The position numbers and the translations under genes were made by a program. From Bryobacterales bacterium (GTDB lineage: Bacteria > Acidobacteriota > Terriglobia > Bryobacterales > Bryobacteraceae), in assembly GCA_020847895.1 (NCBI GenBank), contig JADLBG010000642.1:1-56205 (forward strand): DNA of 56,205 bases. Reading direction: 5' to 3'. Of this stretch, positions 18,153-27,269 are shown one piece after another (positions within the stretch are counted from its first letter, which is position 1; every line of letters begins with the position of its first letter). The notes under the pieces are model-generated. The model searched no databases and was not told where the DNA came from. It saw only the letters and a program-made list of their open reading frames with translations.

Positions 18153-19466
18153 GTGTCACGCGGTATGCCAAAATATCTTCAATCGATGGCGACGAAATAC
18201 CTATGGACGTTCAAAGCCCGGCTCCGCTCCCGTGCATTCGGATGGAGGGGTTCGCATCTCGCTTGCCGTCGTTTGAAAGAAGCTGTCACCGAGGTGAAGC
18301 AGGCCGGTAAGACGGATCCCGTTAGCGCCGGTGACGGTTTTGTGAGCCTGATGGAGAGAATCTGGCCGGCCTTTCAAGACGTCGATACCTCGTCCGGCGC
18401 ACTTGGCGGCGCGGTCTATTGGGCACAGGAGGAGTTGCTGCCCCTCGCAATCTCGGCCCCAGCGGACCGAAAAACGCGGGACAAGTGGTTGGACCGCCTC
18501 TGGCAGGCCATCGAGGATGACGGCGTCCATTACCTTTCCCTGGTCGGAGAACGGTGGGGCGAATTATGCGGTTCCCGCGAAGTTGCTTCTTGCTGGGCGG
18601 ACCGGTTCATTGGATTGGTTCGCGCCGACTGGTCTGATCCCCAGTCCCGCAACTACGTTCGCGGAACCACCGTCTGTCTGTCCAGTTTGCTGGCGGCGGG
18701 CTGCCATGAGGAACTACTCGAGTTGCTGGCGCTTCAGCGATATCCAAATTGGCACGATCGCAAGTTCGGTCTACAGGCGTTGCTGTCCGAAGGCCGCCCG
18801 GAGCAAGCGCTCCAGTATGCGGAAGCCTCGCGCGGCCTGAATCAACCGCGCGCCGCTATCGATGCCGCGTGTGAGAACATCCTGCTCGATCTCGGCCGGG
18901 TGGATGAGGCGTACGAGAAGTATGCGTTGACGGCAAATCGCGCATCCACGGGCCTCGCCACCTTCCGGGCGATCAGCAGGAGGTACCCCGGCCGCGATCC
19001 GAAGACGATTCTTGCGGATTTGGCCACATGGAGCGGCGAGCCCGGCCTCTGGTTTGCCGCGGCAAAAGCCGCCGGCTTCCTCGATCTCGCCCTGGAGTTT
19101 GCAAAGACGGGCCGCACCGATCCGCGCACGCTCACCCGCGCATCGCGTGACTTTCTCAAGAAGGATGCACGGTTCAGTCTCGAGGTGGGCAGGCTCGCAA
19201 TTGAGCGAATCCTCGAGGGGTACGGTTACGAACTGACCGGCATGGACCTCATCGAAGCCCATGAACATTTCATGGCTGCCGCGCAGGCTCTCGGCGTCTC
19301 TTCCCAGGCCCGCACCGAAGTGCTCGCCATGGCGGCGAAGCATCCCGGCGAGGCAAGCGATATTCTTATCCGCCGGCTCCCGGCGGATTCACCGGCGCAA
19401 GAAGCTCCGTGGAAAGCAGCAACTCTAACGAGGCAGGCGCCGGCAAAGCGAGGCGCCAGGCGCTGA
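18153..19466 (+). CDS. hypothetical alpha-helical repeat protein
   Basis: 437-aa ORF with coding-like composition. No motif recognised. Ends 10-37 nt before the ATPase gene, same strand. Confidence 0.55.
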   Translation: MSRGMPKYLQSMATKYLWTFKARLRSRAFGWRGSHLACRRLKEAVTEVKQAGKTDPVSAGDGFVSLMERIWPAFQDVDTSSGALGGAVYWAQEELLPLAISAPADRKTRDKWLDRLWQAIEDDGVHYLSLVGERWGELCGSREVASCWADRFIGLVRADWSDPQSRNYVRGTTVCLSSLLAAGCHEELLELLALQRYPNWHDRKFGLQALLSEGRPEQALQYAEASRGLNQPRAAIDAACENILLDLGRVDEAYEKYALTANRASTGLATFRAISRRYPGRDPKTILADLATWSGEPGLWFAAAKAAGFLDLALEFAKTGRTDPRTLTRASRDFLKKDARFSLEVGRLAIERILEGYGYELTGMDLIEAHEHFMAAAQALGVSSQARTEVLAMAAKHPGEASDILIRRLPADSPAQEAPWKAATLTRQAPAKRGARR

Positions 19467-19475
19467 GCGGCGGGG

Positions 19476-20882
19476 GTGGCCTCGATTGGCGGTGGAGGTG
19501 CAGTGCTCACCAAATTGTGCATACAGAACTTCAAGGCCTGGAGCGATACAAAAACCATCAGGCTTGCGCCGTTGACGGTCTTTTTCGGCGGCAACAGCGC
19601 CGGCAAGACGAGCCTGCTGCAATTCCTTCTCATGCTCCGCCAGACCGCGGAGTCCACGGATCGCCGCCGTGTTCTGCATCCCGGCGATCGCAATACACCG
19701 GTGGAGTTGGGGACTTATCGGGATTTGGTTTATGATCACGACCTGGGGCGCAAGATCCGGTTCGCGGTGGAATGGCTCTTGCCCGAACCGCTGGTGATCC
19801 GGAACCCCGTGACGCGAGCGAGCGTGGCTGGGAAGAGAATCCAGTTCAGCGCCGAAATCGCATCCGACCGTAAAGGCGGGCGGCAGTCCGTCACCTTCTT
19901 CCGTTACGACTTTGAAAACGATGGCCAAGGGATTCAGGTCACAATGAAAGCAGCCGGGAGCGGTCCCTCGGTCGAGTACGAGTTGTCCGCCGGCAATTAC
20001 AAACTCGCGCGAAATCGGGGACGCGCCTGGAAACTGCCGGAACCGGTCCGTTTCTACGGATTCCCGGACGAAGTGGCTGCCTACTATCGGAACGCCGTCT
20101 TCACCAGCGATTTGGCGCTGGCGTTGGAACGGCAATTGAAGCGAATTCAATACCTGGGGCCGCTCAGAACCTACCCGGAACGTTCCTACGTCTGGTCGGG
20201 GGAGGTTCCGGAACACGTCGGATGGCGTGGGGAAAGGGCGGTGGAAGCAATGCTGGCAGCGGCGTCCCGTAAGATCAGCGCCGGTTACCGGCAGCGCGCG
20301 AAACCCTTCCAGGCGGTGGTCGCACGATGGCTCCAGGATCTCGGGTTGCTCGATGGGTTCCAGGTCAAGGCAATCGCCGCACACCGCAAGGAATTCGAGG
20401 TGCTGGTTCGAACTCCCAAATCGAAGCAGACCGTAAATCTGACGGATGTCGGATTCGGAGTGTCCCAAATCCTGCCTGTTGTGGTGCAATGCTTCCACGC
20501 TGCCCCGGATACCACTATCCTGCTGGAACAACCGGAGATCCATTTGCATGCGAGCGTGCAGACCGCGCTTGCCGATTTGTTTATCGAGGCGGTGCGGTCC
20601 CGGGAGGATGGGGCGGACCGATCCATTCAGGTAATCGTCGAGAGCCATTCCGAACACTTTCTACGGAGATTGCAGCGGCGCGTTGCGGAGGGAGCCATCC
20701 AGCCAGACCAGGTTGCTCTGTATTTCTGTGAGTCCGGCGAGAACGGAGCGGAGCTTCACCCGCTCGAGGTGAATCTTTACGGCGAGATTCAGAACTGGCC
20801 GGACGGGTTCTTCGGCGACGAGTTGGGTGAACTGGCGGCGAGAATGGATGCTGCCGCCAGGCGCGAGGCGGTTCGGGAATGA
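19476..20882 (+). CDS. ABC/SMC-like AAA ATPase (AAA_15/21 type with DUF3696-like C-terminus)
   Basis: LTKLCIQNFKAW...FFGGNSAGKTSLLQ (Walker A), ILLEQPEIHLHA (Walker B), ESHSEHFLRRLQ, C-terminal NWPDGFFGDE. Alternative GTG start at 19503. Confidence 0.85.
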   Translation: MASIGGGGAVLTKLCIQNFKAWSDTKTIRLAPLTVFFGGNSAGKTSLLQFLLMLRQTAESTDRRRVLHPGDRNTPVELGTYRDLVYDHDLGRKIRFAVEWLLPEPLVIRNPVTRASVAGKRIQFSAEIASDRKGGRQSVTFFRYDFENDGQGIQVTMKAAGSGPSVEYELSAGNYKLARNRGRAWKLPEPVRFYGFPDEVAAYYRNAVFTSDLALALERQLKRIQYLGPLRTYPERSYVWSGEVPEHVGWRGERAVEAMLAAASRKISAGYRQRAKPFQAVVARWLQDLGLLDGFQVKAIAAHRKEFEVLVRTPKSKQTVNLTDVGFGVSQILPVVVQCFHAAPDTTILLEQPEIHLHASVQTALADLFIEAVRSREDGADRSIQVIVESHSEHFLRRLQRRVAEGAIQPDQVALYFCESGENGAELHPLEVNLYGEIQNWPDGFFGDELGELAARMDAAARREAVRE

Positions 20883-21421
20883 GTAGGAAGGCGCCGCGGC
20901 GCGCCTCGAGCCGAACCAATCTGCGCGTAGTGGACACGAACGTGGTGATCATCGCGAACCGCCGGGATGGCGGATCGAGAATATGCGCAAACGCGTGTTC
21001 CCAAGCTCTGCGAAAGATAGCGAAGACCGGGAGGCTCGCCCTGGACTCCGGCCTGGAGATTTTCGGGGAGTACAAAAAGTACTGCTCGTTTAGCGGACAA
21101 CCCGGCGTTGGAGATGCGTTCTTCAAGTGGGTGCATGATAACCTGTGGCGGACGGAAAAGGTCGTCCGCGTAAAAATCAATCGTCACGGGGAGCGGGGTT
21201 ATGTGGAGTTCCCTGATCTCACGGACCTCGCCGCCTTCGACCCGTCTGACCGCAAGTTTGTGGCGGTAGCCGCCAGGCATTCAGAACACCCTCCCATTCT
21301 CCAGGCTGCCGACAGCAAATGGTGGGGCTTCCGAGAGGCTCTTTTCGAAGCCGGAATTTTCGTCGAGTTCCTTTGCCCCGATGAAATCGAATCCATTTAC
21401 CTTGGAAAAAAGAAGGATTGA
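20879..21421 (+). CDS. PIN-like nuclease-domain protein
   Basis: VVDTNVVIIANR N-terminal acidic motif and FDPSDRKFVAVA distal acidic motif. The ATGA start/stop overlap with the ATPase gene indicates coupling. Confidence 0.6.
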   Translation: MSRKAPRRASSRTNLRVVDTNVVIIANRRDGGSRICANACSQALRKIAKTGRLALDSGLEIFGEYKKYCSFSGQPGVGDAFFKWVHDNLWRTEKVVRVKINRHGERGYVEFPDLTDLAAFDPSDRKFVAVAARHSEHPPILQAADSKWWGFREALFEAGIFVEFLCPDEIESIYLGKKKD

Positions 21422-22114
21422 ATGGCGAGGATCTTACACAAGTTTCCGCGCACACCGCACCTGGCATGGCTGGGTCCGGGTCTCCCGCGGGACGACAAGG
21501 TGCTCTCTCCGGAGGAACGCGCCCTGTTTCTGGAAGGCGGCCTGGTCATTGAGGAAAAGGCGGATGGCGCAAATATCGGGATTGGCTTTGATGACACGGC
21601 GGAGCCTGTTGTCTGGAACCGCGGCACCGTGCTGTGCGCGGGCGCTCACCCTCAGTTTCAGGCGTTCTGGCCATGGCTGGCGCAACGCCGGAACGCATTA
21701 TGGGAGGCGATGCAGGGGAATCTCATTCTGTTTGGAGAATGGTGTTTCGCCGTTCACTCCGTGCACTATGACCGCCTGCCTGATTACTTTCTCGCCATCG
21801 ACGTGTATGACAGGCAAGCCGGGAGGTTCTGGATTTCGCGCCGCAGAGATGACTGGACAGCACGGGTGGGGGTTGCTGCCGTGCCGGTGCTGGCAAGAGG
21901 CCGGTTCGGACTGGATGACCTCAAGCGCCTCCTCAACTCCACAGCCTCCCGGCTCGGCTCGGAGCCGATTGAGGGAATCTATCTGCGCCGCGAAGAAGAA
22001 CCCTGGTTGTTGAAGCGCGCCAAGTTGGTGCGGCCTGAATTCACCCAATCCATCGAGAAACATTGGACGGGCCGGCAGATGGAAAAGAATACGGTTCTCC
22101 CATCGCCATGCTGA
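21422..22114 (+). CDS. ATP-dependent RNA ligase-family nucleotidyltransferase
   Basis: KFPRTPHL lead. Motif I EEKADGAN (KxDGxN), motif III LILFGEW, IIIa FLAIDVYD, IV EGIYLR, V LKRAKLVRPEF. The ATG directly abuts the upstream TGA. Confidence 0.8.
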   Translation: MARILHKFPRTPHLAWLGPGLPRDDKVLSPEERALFLEGGLVIEEKADGANIGIGFDDTAEPVVWNRGTVLCAGAHPQFQAFWPWLAQRRNALWEAMQGNLILFGEWCFAVHSVHYDRLPDYFLAIDVYDRQAGRFWISRRRDDWTARVGVAAVPVLARGRFGLDDLKRLLNSTASRLGSEPIEGIYLRREEEPWLLKRAKLVRPEFTQSIEKHWTGRQMEKNTVLPSPC

Positions 22115-22130
22115 TCCGTGCTCAGCAGTC

Positions 22131-22813
22131 GTGGGCGCGGTTGCGTCACTGGGAGTCTGGACGGTGACCACACCGCCCCTGGAGCCGAACATTTGTGGGT
22201 ATTCGTTCTCTTTGGACGGCACCACCTTCCAGGGCCCAGCATATCCCATGTCAGAGCCGGGATTCAAGGCTGGCGGACAGAGTCTGGCTCGCGTACCGGG
22301 GCCAGTCAGTTGAGAGCCGGGTGGTGTGCCACGGGGTACGGTCACACGTAACTTCTACAAGTCGGCCGTGGCCGGCGATGATCGTGATTATTACGTCTAC
22401 ATGCCTCCCGGCTACGACCCACGCGACCGGACCACCTATCCCGTTCTCCATCTCCTTCACGGGTACGGCCAGGACTCGGCCTCATGGATCGCTGCCGGAA
22501 CGCCAGCGTGATCCTGGACAATCTCATCGCGCAGGGCGAGGCCGAGCCAATGATCATGGCCAACCCACTGGGCTACGGCGCTCCGGAGATGATAAAGGCA
22601 TTGACTACAGGCCGTGGGGGCGGTCGCGAAATGATGGAAAAGAACATCCAGTTCTTCGCCCAGGCGCTGTACGCCGGCCTGGACCGCTTCGCCTGGCTTG
22701 CTTCCTTTGCAGGAGCCTTCATGATGTGGTCCGATGCGTGGTGGTCGCTGCCATCCGGCTCCACTTCTTCTGAACGGTCGACGATCTTCACAGATCTCCA
22801 AGCTGATACATGA
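22131..22813 (+). pseudogene. decayed putative esterase (esterase D/enterochelin-esterase-like) gene
   Basis: Three ORF pieces: an N-terminal Ig-like piece, YYVYMPPGYDPRDRTTYPVLHLLHGYGQDSASW, then NLIAQGEAEPMIMANP. They are separated by an in-frame stop (22311-22313) and a frameshift (about 22484-22511). No Ser-nucleophile region follows. Confidence 0.55.
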
Positions 22814-22872
22814 CGATCTTCACCGGAACCGAAAATGCCGTCCAACATGCCGCCGACGGCGCATAGCGCCAC

Positions 22873-23446
22873 GTGGCCTGCATGGAGGGGAGTCAGTGGG
22901 CGCCCGAGCGAATGAACCTGTGGGTTCTCGACGAACGCCTCGTGTACCACCACTACCTCGCGTCGGATCTCGCCCTCAAAAAGATGACGGACGCCGTCAC
23001 CGTCGCGAGTACGGACCGGCCAGACCTCATCATCTTCCACGCTCCGAGCGCGTTCGTCGAATCAGCACCACCATTCAACAGCGTCACGATAATCGAATTC
23101 AAACGACCCGTCCCGGACGACTACAACGGCGACGACAACCCCATCAGCCAGGTGTACGCGTACATCGAGAGGATCAGAGACGGCAAAGCCAAGGACCGAA
23201 ACGGCCGACCCATCACCATCCCCGATCGGACGCCATTCTTCGCATACATCGTGTGCGACCTCACACCAACCTGTAAGCGACAGGCGAAAGCGGCAGGATT
23301 CCGCCAAACGGCAGACGCCGCCGGCTACTTCGGGTACAACGACAACTACGGGGTCTACGTCGACATCGTCCCGTTCGAAAAAACTCCTCGGAGACGACAA
23401 GAAAAGGAACGCGATCCTCTTCGACAAGCTCGGACTCACACCCTAA
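22873..23446 (+). pseudogene. N-terminally truncated, frameshifted remnant of a PD-(D/E)xK-type nuclease-domain protein
   Basis: RPDLIIF...VTIIEFKRP motif. The natural-looking C-terminus FEKLLGDDKKRNAILFDKLGLTP-stop needs one fewer A in the A6 run at 23378-23383. Confidence 0.5.
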
Positions 23447-23538
23447 GACCTAAGAAACCGCGAATGGAGTCCCACGGAGTCACCAGCCGCAAAGAAGCGG
23501 ACGCGATTGCGCCTAACGCGCACAAACTGAAGGGGTTA

Positions 23539-23585
<47 letters not shown>

Positions 23586-23682
23586 TAAACGCCGTTTGTA
23601 AACAAAAGACTTATGCGTCCAAGGCGTTGATTCTTGGCCACGTAACTCACTGATTCCTCGTGCTCGGTTTTCGCCGCCGTCC

Positions 23683-23706
23683 TTAATGGAGTAAATGGAG
23701 TAACGG
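23683..23706. repeat. tandem 9-mer motif TTA-ATGGAGTAA-ATGGAGTAA-CGG (candidate integrase arm-type site)
   Basis: Near-identical copy at 41545-41568 and a diverged copy at 41758-41780. Two of the three lie about 97 nt inside an att repeat. Confidence 0.45.
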
Positions 23707-23785
23707 CGGTTCCCCATTTTGCGCTTCCCATCCTGACGGCATAATCGCGCCGCTTCCCCAGCGGCAGCCGTGAGGAAACCCCAAC

Positions 23786-23968
23786 GTGAAACAGAAGAGG
23801 ATTCGTGCGCCCAAGCGCGGGACGCCGAGCGCCACCACGCAGAAGATTATCGATCACCTGCTGCGCCTGGCCGATCCTGACGGCCGGCATGACCCGGAGG
23901 TCGAGACCACCATGCTCGTCATGATGCGGGTTCAGCGGCGGACCATCCGCGAGGTGGTGAAGCCGTGA
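23786..23968 (+). CDS. small hypothetical protein upstream of the primase gene
   Basis: 60-aa ORF. Its stop overlaps the primase GTG start. No motif recognised. Confidence 0.3.
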   Translation: MKQKRIRAPKRGTPSATTQKIIDHLLRLADPDGRHDPEVETTMLVMMRVQRRTIREVVKP

Positions 23969-26346
23969 GTATGGTCGCGTCGTCTAACGGCGATCTTACC
24001 GCGTCGGAGATCTCCACTTACTACGCAGCCAGGCTGCCGCGGCTGAATCAGCGAGGGCGGGAGTGGCGTTGTTCCTGCCCTATCCACGACGGCAAGGACG
24101 AGAACTTCGCGGTGAACGCCGAGACGGGCCTGTGGTGCTGCCATAGCCAGTGCGGGCGCGGCGGTTCGGTCCATGACCTGGAGATGGCGCTGACCAACGC
24201 CGATTTCCGGACCGCCGCGCGGGAGGTCAGGCGCATTGTCGGCCGCCCCGATCTTCATCCGGGCGAATCGGAACCGCCGCTGAAGTGGGGACTGCTCGGG
24301 TGGCAGCACCAGTATCTGCGCGAGCGCATCGAGAAAGTCGAGTCCGAGAAGGGCTGGAAGCAGAACGCGATCTATCCGTACTTCGAGGCGGCCGGCAAGT
24401 TCTCGTACGTGAAGGTCCGGTTCATCGATAAGCAGAACGACAAGACGTTCCGGCAGTATGCCCTGTCGTCCAACGGCGGCTGGATCTCGCGGAATCAGGC
24501 AGGCAAGGTTCCGATCCTGTATCGGCTGGATAGGTTGGCTGCGGCAGAGGAAGTCTTCCTCGTGAACGGGGAGAAGGCGGCCGACCGCGGTGCCGCCGAT
24601 CTCGGCATCGTGACCACGTGCGCGCCCGACGGCGAGGGCAAGTGGTCCGGCGAATACACCAAGCCGCTAATCGGTAAGGTCGTCCGGGTCATCGTTGACC
24701 ACGATGAGAAAGGTGAGAAGCACGGCCAAGTCGTCAGCAAGGCAGTTGCGGCGCATGTGCGAGAGGTGAAGATCATCCGCCTGCCCGGTCTGCCGCCCAA
24801 GGGCGATCTGTGGGACTGGATTGAGGCCGGCGGCACGCGCGAGCAGTTGCACGCCATCGTGGAGCGGACCGCCGCGTATGAGGCCCCGCCCCCCACGCCC
24901 GCCGATCGAGAACCCGCCGTGTCGAAGCCCACGGTCGCGGCCGCTCCCGTCGTCGCGGACGACACGAGCAGCCTGCTCAAGCAGTTGCGGAACGATACCG
25001 GCAACGCCGAGCGCCTGATCCTGAAGTTCGGTAACCGCCTCCGCTTCTGCCCGGCGTTCCGCAAATGGCTCGTGTGGGATGATCGCCGCTGGGCCGTGGA
25101 CGACCGGGGTGCCGCCCGCCGCCTGGCAAAGCAGACGATGCTGGCGTATCTGGCGGAAGCCACGGACGTCGACGACAAGGACAACATGTCGTTCGCGTAC
25201 TCGTCCCTTGACGCCCGCCGAATTGCCAACATGCTCACGATGGCGGAATGCGAACTGGTGGTGACGCCCGACCAACTCGACACGCACCCGTTCCTGCTGA
25301 ATTTCCTGAACGGCACCCTCGACCTCCGCAATGGTGAACTGGCACCGCACAACCCGGACCAGTTGATTACCAAGCTGGTGCACTACAACTACAGCCCGGA
25401 GGTCGGGTGCCCGCTGTTCCTGAGCGTGATCGCCCGGATGATGGGCAACCACCCGGACGCGTCCGAACCGGACCTCGACCGTGCCGAACGCATGGTGGGT
25501 TATCTTCAGCGGGCACTCGGGTATTCGCTGACCGGCACCACGGAGGAGAAGGCCGTGTTCGTGCCGTTCGGGACCGGCAATAACGGCAAAACCACCCTGC
25601 TCTCGACATTCCTCCACCTGCTGGACGAGTACTCCGTGTTGCTCCAGGTGGACACGCTTATGGCACGGCAGGAGAGCAACAACACGCAGGCGGATTTGGC
25701 TGACCTGCGCGGCGCGAGGTTCGTGATGACGTCCGAGACGGAGGAGGGCCAGCGTCTCTCGCAGGGCAAACTGAAGCGCATCACGCAGGGCATGGGGAAG
25801 ATCAAGGCCACCCGGAAATACGAGAACCCGATCGAGTTCCTCGAGACCCACAAGTTGTGGATGGACACGAACTCCAAGCCGATGATCCGCGCAGCGGACG
25901 ACCAGGCCACCTTCAACCGCCTGCACCCGATCCCATTCACCGTCACCATCCCGCCCGAAGAAATCGACAAGAGCCTCCCGCGGAAACTGCTCGCGGAAGC
26001 CGAAGGTATCCTGGCTTGGGCCGTCGAGGGCGCGAAGGTTTGGCGGCAGTACGGCCTCGGGAAACCGCCGGAGGTGGTCGCTGCCAACGACGACTGGAGG
26101 TCCGAAAACGACCAACTCGGTCGTTTTATCGAGGAGTGCTGTGTGGTCGCGGACTCGTTCAGCGGGAGGGCCCGTCCGCTCTATGAATGCTACCGACAGT
26201 GGGCCGAGGGCGCGGGCGAGAACGCCATCACCGAGACGCTGTTCGGCAGGCGCTTGAAGGATAAGGGCTTCGCGAAAGAGCATCGCCGGTACGGCACGGT
26301 CTACAGCGGGATCGCCCTCCGCGCAGAGGAAAGCGGCGCGGCCTAA
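23965..26346 (+). CDS. phage/plasmid primase-helicase (CHC2 zinc finger + TOPRIM + D5/P4-family SF3 helicase)
   Basis: CSCPIHDGKDENF...CCHSQCGRGG zinc finger. TOPRIM-like VFLVNGEKAAD...IVDHDEKGEKH. Walker A FGTGNNGKTT within a P4-family C-terminal domain. Confidence 0.9.
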   Translation: MSMVASSNGDLTASEISTYYAARLPRLNQRGREWRCSCPIHDGKDENFAVNAETGLWCCHSQCGRGGSVHDLEMALTNADFRTAAREVRRIVGRPDLHPGESEPPLKWGLLGWQHQYLRERIEKVESEKGWKQNAIYPYFEAAGKFSYVKVRFIDKQNDKTFRQYALSSNGGWISRNQAGKVPILYRLDRLAAAEEVFLVNGEKAADRGAADLGIVTTCAPDGEGKWSGEYTKPLIGKVVRVIVDHDEKGEKHGQVVSKAVAAHVREVKIIRLPGLPPKGDLWDWIEAGGTREQLHAIVERTAAYEAPPPTPADREPAVSKPTVAAAPVVADDTSSLLKQLRNDTGNAERLILKFGNRLRFCPAFRKWLVWDDRRWAVDDRGAARRLAKQTMLAYLAEATDVDDKDNMSFAYSSLDARRIANMLTMAECELVVTPDQLDTHPFLLNFLNGTLDLRNGELAPHNPDQLITKLVHYNYSPEVGCPLFLSVIARMMGNHPDASEPDLDRAERMVGYLQRALGYSLTGTTEEKAVFVPFGTGNNGKTTLLSTFLHLLDEYSVLLQVDTLMARQESNNTQADLADLRGARFVMTSETEEGQRLSQGKLKRITQGMGKIKATRKYENPIEFLETHKLWMDTNSKPMIRAADDQATFNRLHPIPFTVTIPPEEIDKSLPRKLLAEAEGILAWAVEGAKVWRQYGLGKPPEVVAANDDWRSENDQLGRFIEECCVVADSFSGRARPLYECYRQWAEGAGENAITETLFGRRLKDKGFAKEHRRYGTVYSGIALRAEESGAA

Positions 26347-26352
26347 AATCCC

Positions 26353-26474
26353 GTGACGGGTTCAAAGCGTGACGGCTTGTGATGGCTTTTTTTCAAAACA
26401 ATCTTCACCCCGCGCGTATAAGGACCCTTTTTGAGAAAAACCCCTCACAAGCCGTCACATCGCAAACCCGTCAC
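26353..26474. repeat. nested inverted repeats around an AT-rich core; candidate replication origin of the element
   Basis: GTGACGGG (26353-60) and GTGACGGCTTGTGA (26369-82) are mirrored by TCACAAGCCGTCAC (26445-58) and CCCGTCAC (26467-74). The centre contains CTTTTTTTCAAAACAATCTTC. Confidence 0.4.
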
Positions 26475-26588
26475 AAGCCGGGACCGGTGGCGTCGGGACC
26501 CTTTTCGCGAGCCGCGCCGCGGGTAAAAGGATGGCACGCTCGGCGCAGCGGCAGCGCCGAAAAAGAGGTTGATGGGTTGATTCGGCGG

Positions 26589-26990
26589 TTACGGGGCGTG
26601 AGAGATCAGCGTCAAGCCCGTCACACCGAGGTAGTCGTTCCGGTTGTTGGTGAGCAGCGGCGCGTCGTGCAGCAGCGCGGTGGCGGCGATCCAGGCATCG
26701 GCGCTCTCGATCCTGCGGCCGCCAGCTTGCGACGACACCATCACCTCGGCCCACTTTCGGCAGAGATCCGGACTCGACGGCACCACCGTGAACCGTTGCA
26801 TGAATGTGCGCAGCATCTGAATCCGCTGGTCTCCCCACCGGTATTGAAGCACCCATCGCTCGATCTCTGCGACGGTCATAAACGATATGAGGATGATGCG
26901 GCCAGCCAGTTCCGCATCGTAGCGGGAGCCGAAAGGATGGTTCTTGAAGACGTAGGAAACGACGTCGGTATCGGCGACGACGTTGTTCAT
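26589..26990 (-). CDS. vapC: type II toxin VapC (PIN domain)
   Basis: VVADTDVVSYVFKN...ADAWIAATALLHDAPLLTNNRNDY. 4-nt overlap with the upstream antitoxin gene. Confidence 0.9.
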   Translation of the reverse strand: MNNVVADTDVVSYVFKNHPFGSRYDAELAGRIILISFMTVAEIERWVLQYRWGDQRIQMLRTFMQRFTVVPSSPDLCRKWAEVMVSSQAGGRRIESADAWIAATALLHDAPLLTNNRNDYLGVTGLTLISHAP

Positions 26991-27226
26991 GCGGACGGGT
27001 CAGTCCGCTTGTGGCCGCGCCATTCGCGGATCGTCGCCACGAACTCTTCCACGGATTCTTCTTCCGGCCAGAAATCGCCGTGGAGCACGGACACGTCGGT
27101 GATGGGCCCCGTGCCCTGTTCTGCCATCAGTTGTTCGATGGAAGGGTGTCCCGAGGCAGCATAAGGCACGGTTGCCGGGCGGTTGTCCGGCTCACCTTCC
27201 CGGTGCTGGCGGTTCACTTGGGCCAC
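26987..27226 (-). CDS. type II antitoxin partner of VapC
   Basis: 79 aa, overlaps vapC. C-terminal DFWPEEESVEEFVATIREWR resembles antitoxins of this class. Confidence 0.65.
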   Translation of the reverse strand: MAQVNRQHREGEPDNRPATVPYAASGHPSIEQLMAEQGTGPITDVSVLHGDFWPEEESVEEFVATIREWRGHKRTDPSA

Positions 27227-27269
27227 AGTATCACCTCGTCATTCGAATTATACCAGCGAGACTTGACCC

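Noticed and set aside
26379-27164. 261-aa plus-strand ORF downstream of the primase gene.
   Set aside because: It overlaps the well-supported vapBC pair on the opposite strand, has a low-complexity Arg/Pro-rich translation, and its 5' part covers the repeat-rich non-coding region.
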